A stretch of DNA of 64,000 nucleotides from Vicugna vicugna (Eukaryota), in NCBI GenBank assembly GCA_013265495.1, contig MU057801.1, forward strand, positions 2,262,301 to 2,326,300, written 5' to 3'. Shown here one piece after another: positions 1-12,176 of this stretch (position 1 is the stretch's first letter; the number at the start of each line of letters is the position of its first letter). The position numbers were made by a program, and so were the translations under genes. The notes under the pieces are model-generated. The model worked only from the letters and a program-made list of their open reading frames with translations, was not told the origin of the DNA and ran no database searches.

Positions 1-1169
1 GTCTGGGAGAGGGCGTCCAGGAACGTGAACAGGTGTGTGCAGGGGGCTCACAGCGAGGGAGACGTGATCTGGAATAGTCAAAACCCTGACTGAGGAGGCG
101 TTCTTTGCGACTCCACCCCCAGCTGCAGTCCGTGGGGAGACTCAGCTGGTCTATGTGTCTCCAGCTAAATTTCATCCTCTGCAAACGAAATGCTGCATTG
201 GCAAAGGAGCCTTGCTTTTTGCCATAAATAGATGTCTGAAAATTTGCTAAATAAATCCTATTCTGAATGCCCGAAGAAAGCTTGCTGTTTAAAAGTCCCA
301 TCCCATAAAAAGCTCACATGGTGTTCGGATGAGGCTGTCGCCCTGTAACTGGGAATAAAAGGTCCGTTATCAGAATCAGTACCACTTGGGTCTCAGCGAA
401 CTAAGAAGGTGGGTCAACACAACCTACCGGGTTTAACAGGAGCTCCGCTGTGCGTGAAGGTGGGCGTGGAGCAGCAGGAACACGCCGCTCAGAGAGGAGC
501 AAGTGCACGAGGCGGAGGCAGGGGGCCGGACCTGGGTCTGAGAATGGAGAGGCTCTTCTCTGGGGATGAGATGCTAGTGATACGCTGGGGCGGGGACAGT
601 TAGGAGCAACCGGGGGCCTGAGGGAGCAGCGTGACGAGCAGTGTGACGAAGAGCTGGAGGAGCTGGACAGGCCAGGATGGGAGGGCTCACGTCGGGGCAG
701 GGAGCTCGGCGTTCACGGGGGTTGAAGCAGAGACGCCAGCAGGAAGGTTCCAGCACGGCCTGAGTGGATGGGCTGGTCAGTGTCTTCCGGTGGTGCTTAG
801 CAGTGGTGAGTTCCCTGTCCTCGGAGGCATTCAAGCACCCAACGAACATCAGTTAGCAAAAGTCCCAGCTTAGAGGGTCAGCATTTTCCAAACCTCTCTG
901 CAGACTCTGTGTGGTTCCCCTGAGAAACTTCTCAACAGGACACAACACCAAGCCCCATCACAGAAATGCTGATGCGTGGTTTGGGGGGAAAAAGCCAGTG
1001 GTGCTGGTAAATGTTAAAAAAGAGCTCTCCGGGAAACAAAAAAGTCCTGATCTGCAGTGTAAACACTCCTGCCGTGCCCAGTTCCCGGCTCCCGGGGTGG
1101 TGTCCAGGCTGCGGGGGGGGGGAAGTCCTGGCAAAGATGGACTTTGGAGGAGCGTCACCACGCCCAGCC

Positions 1170-1170
<1 letters not shown>

Positions 1171-1200
<30 letters not shown>
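1171..1200. repeat. poly(C)30 homopolymer (G30 on minus strand)
   Basis: 30 consecutive C read directly; a G10 run lies at 1113-1122. Confidence 0.9.
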
Positions 1201-2269
1201 ACGGGGAGCTCATCTTCCCGGTGGGGAGACAGGGAAACCCCACCCCTCCGCCGTCCGTGAGCGCTGCGTGCCGGGGGTGAGAGGCGCGTCTCCCGGGAGA
1301 CCGGAGCCAGGGGGTGCAACTTAAAGTAGGGACACAGGACAGATGTGCAGACACCTCCCCGGGGCAGGGGGCTCGGTCCCCTGCGCCCCTTTGAGGGTGA
1401 GGGGCTCCGGTGGGAGGGAGCCCTGAGGGCCTGGCAGATGCCACCTCCGCCAACGTGTCGGGGTGTCATGTGCCCCAAGTTCTGATAAGAGAAGGCCCTA
1501 AACTGCACTGTGCTCCCCAAAATGCAGTCCTGAGAAAACATCAGAGAAGCCGGACTGGGGCGTTCTACAGAATTCAGAGTAGAATCAGGGGCCCTCAGAT
1601 GTTAAATTCCGGGCGCTGGCAGCCTGGCTCCCACCAGCCTGGGGCCGGGGTCCCTCAGGGGACAGGCTCACAGGCTCCGAGGCCGCTTCCACTGGCCGGG
1701 CCTCGCCCGCCGCCTGTCTGACAGGGTGGCACCCGGCGGCTCTGCCCCTCCGGGGCCGTGCACCCCGCTCACACAGAGCCCCTGGTGCCCGGGTCCAGGA
1801 AGCGCCCCCCCCCGCCAGCCCCACAGGAGGGGCAGCCGGGGCGGCGGCCGGCGTGACGGAAACGCGCCCCAACGCAGGTGTCGTGGGAAGGAAGGTTTCC
1901 GGCTGCTGCGACCCGACGGGGCTGCGGCCTGACAGGTCATCTCCAGAGACTGCTGAGTGCGGGACTTCGCTTCCCGGGGCTGCCGTGAGAAAGCACCGTG
2001 CATGGAAGTAGACAGGGTTAAAGCAACAGAAAATCCTCCTCTCCAAGTCCTGGGGCCACAAGTCGAAACCCAGGTGTGGCGGGGCCATGCTTCCTCCACA
2101 CCCTGTCCCGAGGCTCCTGGGAGGGGCCTTCCTGCCTCTTCCAGCCCCTTCCAGCCCCGGCTGCTCCTGCACCTGTCGGAGCACCACTCTAACCTCTGCC
2201 CCATCCCCGCACAGCCTCCTCCTCTCTGCGCGTCTGTCTCCATGTCTCGTCTCGAGAGGACACCAGTCA

Positions 2270-2510
2270 CCCCATGGGCACCAAGGGGAAGGGTGGGAGG
2301 GATAAATCAGGAGTTTGGGATCAGCAGACACACACACCTTATATAAAACAGATAAGCAACAAGGACCTACTGCAGAGGACAGGAAACTGCATTCAATACC
2401 ACGTAGAAAACTAGAATGAAAAAGAATGCACGTGTGTATGTATGACTGGATCACTACGCTGCACGCCAGAAACGAAGACAACACTGTGAATCAACTCTCC
2501 CGCAACTACA
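2270..2510 (+). mobile_element. L1 3' terminal fragment, cetartiodactyl type
   Basis: gggataaatcaggagtttgggatc...aacaaggacctactg...tatgactggatcac...ccagaaac...aatcaact resembles the recalled cetartiodactyl L1 3' end; two related copies lie in this window. Confidence 0.75.
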
Positions 2511-4689
2511 AAGAGCCTGCCCTGTCCCGGGTGACCCGTCTTCACCCGCTACGCCTGCAGTGACGCTGAGACGGGACCTTCTTCTTCGGTCACAGTCGGA
2601 GGGTCTGAGCTTCTGGGTGGACGTGAACAGGGAGGGGTGCTCTCCGGCCCAGGACAGCAGGGAGCTCAGTCCGACGTGGAGGCAGTCCACACGAGGCCAC
2701 ACAGGGCACAGTAGGGGCTGACACTCCAGTGGGAGGGGACCGAGGTGTCCCAGCTCAAAGGGAAACAGTGGGGACCCCAGATCTGACGCCCAGATTCCCA
2801 CCCAGGTCCTGCCACTGGGCAACTGTGTGACTCTGTCAACACTGCTGAATCCCGCCAAACCTCAGCTGCCTCACCTTCAAACAGAGGCACCACTTACAAC
2901 GCGTAGGGGTGAGCGCTTTGGTGAGCGGCGGTCCCCTCCAGGCCAGCAAAGGAAGGACTGCGGGAGGACACCCGGAGCACGCTTCCTCACGCAGGCCATC
3001 CCGCTTTGCCATCAGTAACAAGAGCACCTTGGGGAACACAATCCCCAGCACCTCCACTCAACAAAAAATGAAAATTCTCAGCAGACACCGTGCTCCCCCT
3101 TGGCTGTCCCAGAGCCCTGTGGTCCTGAACCGGCCACACTTCCACCCCGGATCTACAGACAAAAATCTGAGTCTTGGAGCAGCTGCCCAGGGGTCCCGCT
3201 AAGGGTTGGAGCCGGGACTCACTCCAGCCGTCCATCCGGGCTCAGCACCCCTCAGCCACCCTGTGCTACCCAAGGGGTGGTTCTCTGCCGCCAGATTTGG
3301 TCTGAAGGGGAAACAGCCCTCCTGCCCTGCAGAAGGGTCCCAGCAGCACCTCCCCGCACAGGGGTCACCGCATGGGGTCCCAAGCTTATCTCCTCTGTCA
3401 GCACACACATCTGCATCGGCGGGTGGCAGGCCGGGGGCGGGGGGACCCCTGCCCAGGACCTTGATGCAGTGGGCAAGTGCAGCACCGGGTCAGCCCAGCG
3501 CCATCCCTCCCTGTAAGCAGGGATTGTCGCCCCATCCAACTCCCAGACTTTCTTCAGAGGAGAAAGGACCACATAAGACGGAGGTTGGCCTGAGCTCAAT
3601 GGAGAGTCCAGCTCTGCTCCTGAGACCCCTCAGGGCCCGACGACCAAAGCTCGAAGCGCCAGGTGGCAGAATCCTATGCAGTCAGCAGGCCCTGACGCCG
3701 CCACCCGGTCCGAGCCCTCGTGTAAGGGGGAGCGCACGGAGCTGGGCGAGCCCAGAGCGGACCCCAGCCGGCCCGTCCATCTTTCGGCGCCTTCTGTCGA
3801 CACAATACTGGGTGTCAACAGAGCCTGGGCGTCTCCCTGACCCCTGTGAAGCCATTGTAACTTCAGAGATGTGGAAAATTCACTTGCAAGCACAGCATTT
3901 TTGACAGTTTGGGAATTGCACTGGGAAGTGACTCAACTTCCTCCAGGACCCAGGCGGTCACAGCACAAAGGTGACAACTCCATCTGCCAGGACTGGGGCA
4001 GCCGGCCAGCTGCACCACAGACACACGCCCGCGGAGCCGCTCGGCGGAGGAAGCCAAGAAACGGCCCGGGGATGAAGGCTTCCAGACCAAGGGCGCGCTC
4101 CGTCCAGGAGCCCAGCACGGGGGAGGGGCACAGAGCCCGGCCAGAGCCCCCGCGCCCCGGGGAGACCCGGCCAAGGCTCACCCAGAAGGCAGGGCCGCGG
4201 GCGCCCGCCGGCCCGCCAGCACGCGGGAGGCTGGAGACAGAGAGCAAAGCCTCTCAGCTCTGGAGTAAACCACACCCAACCTGGAATTCTGCTTTTTCAA
4301 ATTTTTAAAATTTAGACTGTTACAGCCAAGCTAGACGCCTACACAGACGATCCACTAACGAGGAGGGGAGAACACAGACATTTCAGACAGGCGAGACCTC
4401 AGAGGCTCCCTTCCCTTCTCCTTTTCTCAAGAAGCCTTTGGAGTCTGTCGCTTCACCACATTGAACCCAAGGAGTGGAGACGGGAGTCCAGAAGCCAAAG
4501 GCCCACACACGGGAGCGGGGCCCATGGACGCGCCCGACCGGGACCGCAGTCGGGGCGGAGGGCTCGGGGCTCCAGGAGTGGCTCCTTCAAGAGAAAAACT
4601 TAAAGGGCATCTAAAGTGGTAGCCAACCCGCGGTGCCTTCAGACAACAGAGTGTGAGTCGGCGGTAAAGGGAAATGCGCTCTCAGGCCT

Positions 4690-4950
4690 CAAAATTCATG
4701 CAGGGACCTTGAATGCGTGTTTCTAAGTGAAAGAAGCCAGTCTGAAAAGGCCACTGTGGTTTCAACTACATGACACTCTGGACAAGCCAGACCTGCAGGA
4801 ACGGGGGAGGTCAGGGACTGCGGGGGGTGGGGAGGGGCTGGCACACAGAGCACAGAGGACTTCAGAGCAGAGACGCGAGGTTACTGAGACGTGGCCTGGG
4901 CTGGGCAAGCACCCCTGGGTCTCACTGTGGAACCACCGCTGACCCTGGGT
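4690..4950 (+). mobile_element. old L1M (L1MB/MC-like) 3'UTR fragment
   Basis: ctaagtgaaagaagccagtctgaaaaggccac...tgacactctgga resembles the recalled L1M 3'UTR consensus. Confidence 0.65.
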
Positions 4951-7900
4951 TCTCTGGAAGCCGAAAGAGCGGGTCCTCCCCGCCGAGTGCACACTGCAGT
5001 GCACCCGTGGGCGCACCTGCCGGCTCTCAGCGTGACCCCCAACGCGAGTCACAACAGCCTGCATGCCTGACGTCAGGTACCCGGGGCAGAACACCTGCGG
5101 AGGGGTCACGCTGTGGCCGCGCTCAAATCCGTCTGTTCAAAATCTCTCCTTAAATGTGCGTAAGAGGACAGGGCAGAGGCCTCCAAGAAGGCGGTGTGTG
5201 CGGGAAAATGAAACCAGGCGACCCGATGAGGGAAGGAAGTCTTCTGGGAGCCAGATGAGCCGGGTTGGAGGCAGAGGGGCCTGGGGCCCTGGGGCTGGGG
5301 TCCGGGCGGCGGGCCCCCGGCGGCGGGAGGGCAGGCCCTCGTGGCACTGACCGCCAGCCCCAGGAGCCCCTTACGGGCGGCGTTTGCAAAGCTGTGGCCG
5401 TTTCTGCCCTTGGGTTTCTCCTCTCCCTGAGGGGCTGAGGAGATACCTCCAGCCGAGGGGTGATGGCCGGGTTGAGGGGCGGAATGAGGGCGCTGTTCAC
5501 TCCGCACCACTCCCAGGCTGCACACCTGCGGCCAATACTGTCAGGAGAGCTGGGAAAACACCACACCCGACCGTGAAGCGTGTGCGAGGCAGAGCCCTGC
5601 AGGCACGAGGTCGCAGGTGGGGCCCGCGCCTGCTGCCCGACGTGTCCTGAGAGGAGAGGCTCTGCGCCCCCCCCGCTGGGAGCAGGGCCCCGAGAGGGTG
5701 GGCGCAGGGGGCTCATTCGCAGGCGCGCGTTGAAGCGTGATGCCTCCCCTGCGGTCTGGACGGAACGCTCTGAGCAGCCGAAGCACAGTTCTGCTGTGAC
5801 AGCCGGGTGGGTGACAGCATGTCCTCCTTTCAGAGACCGAGCCCCGGGCCCTGGGACGGTCCCCCCGGCAGGGAGGCCACGAGGAAAGCCCTCCCGTGGT
5901 CAGGGCCGCCCCACCCAGCATCGCCCGGGGAGCAGACGCCACAGCATGAGACAGAACAGCCTCAGCGGACCAACCCGTCCCGGGGCCAGGAGGCCAGCTC
6001 AGCAAGGTCCGGGGCTGCGCGCCCAGATGCAGACCCTCGGCTTGCGCTCAGCTCAGCTCTCAACGTGTGACACGTGCTCCGAAGGCCGAGGGGCAGACTG
6101 CCCACGTAGCGGGGGCTCGGTCACGGACGCCAGCACCCACTGTTTGCAGGTCTACTCAAACTTCCCGAGCCTTTGACTCAGCCCCGGCGGGGGCGCGTTC
6201 CTAGAACTGCGTCACCTCGCCGCGCGCTCACGGTCCCCCCACAGTCCTCCTGCGCCCGCAGGCGGGGGCGGGGTCCCCACACGCACCTCTGGTTTAGTCT
6301 CCTGAGCCTGCGTTTCTTGCTCAGTCCAGGTTTGTCAGCTTTGTTGACCCAGTCAGAGAACCAGCTTCCGGTTCTGTTGCCTTTCTCCTCAGCTTCATCC
6401 GTCCCTGCTGTGGTTTTGATGCGAACCGGGACACAGCGAGAGCCTGCTGTGTGAGCCGCCCGCCCCGGGCCCTGCCGGCCCCTCTGCTGCCTCGCTCCGC
6501 TGCCTGCGCAGCCTCGGGCTGCCTCCCCACTGGCCACCAAAGAGTGGCAGGCAACTGTGGCCAAGGAAGTTGGGGTGGCGGGGCCCGTGGAGCTGGAGGG
6601 ACCCTGGCCCAGGTGACGTGACTTCTGCCGGGTCCGGGGGTGATAACGCTGCGGAGACAAAGACCACAAGCCTCAGGTCCTGGAGCGAAGCGCGCTCACC
6701 CCCGGCTCCCTTGCAGGCTGCTCCCGCGGTCCCGCGGGGCGGCTGTCGTCCGAGCAGGGCCCCGATAACTCAGCGGAGCATTTTGGTGGCCCCACCGTCT
6801 CCACCTGCAGTCTCCTGGCTGCAGAGTTGAGCAGCCTGGGGTCACTTCCGCCATGTCCATGCGCGTCACCAGGAAGAGAAGGGGAACTCGCTGTCACACG
6901 ATGACGTATTTGTTTTCCCCCAAGTTAAGCTTCACATGAAACTCCGAACTGGGTGCTTCTCTGTTTTAAGAGGGACAGGGGCACAGGCCTGCTGAAGGCC
7001 CACCCCCTCCCAGAAGGACCAGCCTCAACCTTCTGCCTCTAAGGAGCAGAGGGGCAAGCTGGTGACAGGGTCCACCGCCCCCCACCCATTTGGCACATTC
7101 AGAAATGACTGCAAAGCCGGGGGCTCCTGGCCGGCACACAGCGTCACGCTGGCAGGGGCGGCTGGGAGCGTCCGGAAGACTCCTTGCTCCAGGGCGGCCG
7201 ACGGCACTTTGTAAAGGACAGCAGAGCGGGAGAAACCGCCCTCGTCGTGGACCGCAGACACAGTCCTGCCCAGCGTGGCTGCAGAGCCCTATTCAAACCG
7301 CGACGCTGGTGAGGAACGGGGGGATCGCCACGCGGCCACCTCCTCGTTGAAGTCCTCGTCGGCCCCGAGAAAGTTCAGAAATTCACCTGATCTGAGAAAA
7401 TGTCAGAGGAAAGTGCCTGATAACAAAGGTCAGGATGTTAAGTAAAGAGACAGGAATTCATCCCCACTCATTAACAGGATGCTGACGTGACCTTTAAATC
7501 AAATCGAAGTCGCAGCCTCGAGGAGAAGGAGCTCCCTCTGCTTTGTGGATGGAGCCTAAGTGTCGTCTTGACCCCCTCCCTCCATCCCTTCCCCAGCTGA
7601 GAACACGGTGCGTCAGAGGAAACCGTGCGTCTGTGCAGACTGCGTCACCCTCCTTGGGGCCAAGCCCAAACCCATCCCCTGCCCTCGCAATTGCCCTGCT
7701 TCTGGGAGAAGCACCGCAGCCCCTGTGCGCCTGGCTCTCACCTGCTCCTCCCCGGCCCCCTTGGCCAGCCCCGCCCCCTCCCCCACCCCGGGCACCTGGA
7801 GACCCCAGGCTGGGCTGCCAGGAGCCTCCCACGCAGTCTCCCAGCCCCAGCTTCTGCCCACGGCTGCTGCCAGGTCCAGGTGTCCTCGCTCGCTTCTGTG

Positions 7901-8374
7901 GGTCCCGCACCCGCGCCCCCTCTCCCCACAGGCACTGAGCCCCAGCTTGTATTATACGGGCATCCCTTCCACCCCGTTCTCTCTCCTGGTGACTCCCTGG
8001 GCTCAGGGATGTGTCCTCATAATCCTGCCTCCTGCAGAGGAGGGGGCACTAAACACACTCACACCCACGCACACAGGTGCACACGCACACAGAAGCCCTC
8101 CACGCCGCACCCGCTCAGCCGGCTGCATGGAGGAGACCCCAGCAGTGTGTTTCCAAACAGGAAAGAAACAGAGAGCTGACGGGGGACTTGGCCAGCAGGG
8201 ACGAACCGTGTTCGCAGGGCTGTGACGTGTCCACTCCCTGGACACACGTTCCACCTGAAGCTGCTACTCCAACCCACGAGGTGCCTCCTGGGACGGCACA
8301 CGCCCGGCTGTGAGGACCAGGTGGGCGAAGGACGCGGGGTATCGCGTTCTCACTGACTGCCTGTTCAAACGGTA

Positions 8375-8490
8375 ACACTCGAGAGGTGCTGGGTTAAGTA
8401 AAACGTATCATTCAGAGCAACCCCATCTCTTTCCTTCTCCTCCTTTTTGCTTTAATGCACCGACTGAAAAGGTAACATTCCACGTGAGGC
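8375..8490 (-). mobile_element. hAT-Charlie MITE remnant (MER33-like)
   Basis: gggttaagtaaaacgtatcatt...ttccacgtgaggctc resembles reverse-strand MER33 as recalled; heavily diverged. Confidence 0.4.
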
Positions 8491-8899
8491 TCCTACCGTA
8501 GCTTCTCCCCGGAGCCAGAAGCCTCTCGCGGGACCACAGCCCTGGCCCCGTGCCCACTGAGGCTGCGGCCGCAGCCCTGAGAGCAGAGCCGGCGGCTGTG
8601 ATGAGACCGTCCGGCCACGGAGTCGAGCAGACTGACCTTCAGATGCTCCAGAAGCAGCTCTCTCGTTACCCAGAGGACGAGGGGGAGCGTCGTGAGACTT
8701 CATCTGTCCGTCATCCGGGAGGCTGCGGCAAACCCAGTCCAGTCAACTGAGATCTCTAGAAAACGCATGTAAAAGTGGTCAGAACTGCCGCAGTATTTGA
8801 GACGTGAACTCCTCCAGTGCAGAGAGGTTGCGAGCGACAGCCGTGTGCCCGATGGAGGGGGAGCTCTGGGGAGGAGCCCCTCGAGGCTGGAGAGGAGGT

Positions 8900-9140
8900 T
8901 CAGGGAAGCCGCCTTGACACCTGTTACCATGTACAGCGTGGATGAACAGCAGGGTCCTGCTGCACCGCACGGGGGCTGCGTTCACGGCTTGTGGTTCCCT
9001 GTAACGAAAAGGAGTGTGTATATGTATTTTTATGTGTGTGTATGACTGAATCACGATGCTGTGCACCAGAAACTAACACAACACTGTAAGTTTTAAAAAA
9101 TCAAAAAAATACATAAAGAGAAAAAAAATAAAATTAAAAG
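8900..9140 (+). mobile_element. L1 3' terminal fragment with A-rich tail
   Basis: tatgactgaatcacgatgctgtgcaccagaaactaacacaacactgtaa followed by an A-rich tail; aligns with the copies at 2441 and 57798. Confidence 0.75.
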
Positions 9141-11741
9141 TAATACATATGAAAGGTGAAATTTTACAATCCCTGTTCTGTACAAACTAGCATGGCTTGC
9201 TGTAACTGTTGTAAACTAAAACACGTTACAGGAAGCAAAGCAAAGGGAAGCACTCGTCCCTGATAACTCAGTCACAGACACAACAGTAATTCAGCTGCGT
9301 AACCTCGCTGTTAGAAAGCGCGGGTCCCGGGTGGACGCCGCCCTAGCCTCAGGGCCTTTCTGCTTCGTCTGTCTCAGCACTTTGTGTAACCGACAAAGTC
9401 GGGACCGGCACTCGAGGCGTCTGGTGCGGGCTGGACGCTGAGCACGGGCTGGACAGACATCCTTTCGCTTCTTCGGATTTCTGGTTTTCGAAATTGAGTG
9501 GCTTCGACTTAATCCAGGTTTTTACTCCTAGGGAGCATGGCTCCCTTGGGTCACGTCATTGGCTCCACAGGCAGGAGGCAAACACCAAGCGGCTTCTCCC
9601 GGCCAACTCTCAGCAGAGAGCCGGGGACCAGCCACACGGCCCCGCCCCAGACGGCCTGGGAGTCCCGCGCCAGGAGGCTCTTCCCCCGGCGGCTCCTCTG
9701 CCTCCGAGACTGGACCCCTCAGGCCTGCCCCTCGGGCTCCGCCCGGGTCCAGCGAGCGTCGCGGGGACTTGGGGAAGGTGGGGACAGACCTGACCAGGAG
9801 GCCACTTTCCCTCCCCGACCTGTCGCGGGGCCCATGGGGTGGGAAGGGAGGTCCCTACAGGTCACTCATGTCCAGACAGTCCTTGGCAGGAGACAGTGCC
9901 GCTTGCTGACCGCTGCTGCGGACGGTTGTTTAGCTGAGGAACCATCTGTTTCCAACTCAGGGGACAAGCGCTGACATGAGATGACAGTGGGATGTTGCCC
10001 GCCACGCCAGCTGGGCCTCTGAGACACACCTTGACCTCCTGCCAGCCAAGCGCACGGGGGGTGCTCGTCGCGACGCGCTGTGCGTCTCTGGGACTCTCCT
10101 CCCGTAGGGCTCCTCCCCAGCCCACACAGAGAGTTAGCTGCGCCTCGCAGGGAACAAACAGACAACGAGCAGGAGGCTGCTGTTGGCGGAAGTCCAGAGA
10201 GCGTGGGGTGGGAGGGACATAGGGGGTCCCAGAGGCGTGCAGCCCGGACAGGGTGCCCAGGTGTCCCCCAGCCCTCCCCAGGGACGCCTGACGTGGAGGC
10301 AGAGAAGCTCCTTCTGCCCTGGCCTCCCGGCCTCATCCCAGATGCCACCAGCAGCCTGTCCCTGTCCCCGACGCCCTTGTGGGGCTGCTCCTGCCCGTGT
10401 GTGTGTGTGTGTCCATGTGTCCTTGTGTCCGTATTCCCATGAGGTTTCCACTGTCTGATGGTCTCCAGGACCTCGGCCAGGAAGGTGGGGCCCCCACGGT
10501 GAGCGTTCTCCAAACGGCCCACAAGCGACCTGACTCCCTAGAAGGGGAGCTAACTGCTACTGGGAGGCCGGCCCTGGGCAGAGCCCACGCTTTTCCGAGG
10601 AAACGGCAAGCAGGGGCCGTTCTGGGCCGGATGACTCACTGGTTTCCAGCAGCCCGCGCGGGCACTGGTCTGCTTTCCCTTCAGTGAAGACCCGCCTGGA
10701 CGGGGATGCACTGAGGGCACACGGGCCTCTGCCTGTGGCCGTCCTGCCCCTCGTGGTGCCATCACCACAGCCCGAACGCCCGCGGCCCTCGCATCCCGTG
10801 GGGCGTCGGGGCCCAGAGCGTCCCTGGGCCTCTTTTGTCCGCTCCCCACCCGACAGTTCCCGCTGCCCGCGCTCCAGCACCCCCGTCCACGAGCTCTGCA
10901 CCGCGTCCACCTGCCTGCTTGGCGGAAACGTCCCTGTGGAGAAGTTGCCCTGCCCACCCGGGGTCCCCCGGAGTCTCCTTCCCATGGAGCTGGCAGGCGC
11001 CAGCTTGCACAGAGAACAGGACACCGAGTGTCCGGGACGCTGGCGGGCAAACCGAGCAGGAGGGCGGGGTGGCTGGTGTTCCAGCAGCGTCTCAGGTGCT
11101 CACCTGCGGCTGCCGCCCCAAAGCTGCGTTCAGCACAGGCCAGGCCTCCCACACAGGCTTGCTTCTGATCCGCATAAAACATGCCGGGAAGGATCAGGGG
11201 TCCCTTGTCCTTCTCCAGCGCTTCTCCCCCGAGAGCTCACTTCCAGTGCTCACACCGGTGGGGGTGGTTCCTGGCCAAGGTGGGTGGTGGCCACGAGGGG
11301 GAAGCTGGCCCACGTCTGAGATCAGGTGAGCTCAGAATCACTTGCAGAGAGCTGGGGGCCCACCTGCCCAAGGCCCCAGCCTCCAATACGTCAAACGTGG
11401 TGCCCACGGAGGTGTGCTGAGCAGAGCGCCGGGGCGAAGCTGCTGGGCCTCACAGCCGCCACACCTCCGGCCCATGCGGCGATGCCCCCGAGGCCTCGCT
11501 CTCCCAGGGGCTCCCAGTCAATGACAGAGCACAGCAGGGTCTGCAGAGCTGCCGTCCTGCTGGAGGGGCCCCCCCAGGAACCCCGATGCAGGGCTTCCCC
11601 AGGGCCAGCCAGGATTCCACAGGGCGCCTCCCCAGCCTCCATCCTTTCACGGTGTCAGAGGCTCCCGAACCTCTTCTCCTCCACAGACAGGATGCTCCCC
11701 AACACGTCTCCTGCTTCAGATCCCATCCTGGTGTCTGCTTC

Positions 11742-12176
11742 TATCACGGAGTCCAAGCCCACACGGCTGGGCACACGGCAGGCCAGTAAACCAAGAGACG
11801 AGGTGCTGGGGCAAACACTTTATTCAGAAAGCCCCAGAGCGAGAAGATGGTGGGCTGGTGACCCAGAGAACCGTCTCGCCTGAGCTAGAATCCAGGCCCC
11901 TTTCACACTACGAGGGGGAGGGGTGAGGCCGAACACTGCACGGTGCCGGCGGCCTCGGAGGGGAGGTGTCAGCTCTCCTTCCCGCAGCCACTCGCCAGGG
12001 GGCCTGGTCAGGGTGCTCCCTGAGGTAAACAGAGGTATTTTGGGCCGGCGCTCAGGCCTGGGAAGCAGGGTTCCCAGAGAGGCGCCACTGTGTGTAATGT
12101 ACGCTGTAGGCAACACCTCTTCAGTGGTTAACTTGTAGCAAAAGCAATGGATACAAACGTTAAAGTAAAAGAAACA
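11742..12176 (-). mobile_element. solo ERV1-like LTR
   Basis: gagacgaggtgctggggcaa..actttattcagaaagcc..gagaagatgg resembles a recalled cetartiodactyl ERV1 LTR; AATAAA on minus strand; starts TG on minus strand (gaaaca at 12171-12176). Confidence 0.55.

Noticed and set aside
1585-2484. 299-aa minus-strand ORF (also 53530-54486 at 318 aa)
   Set aside because: Runs through an L1 remnant or microsatellite; no domain signature
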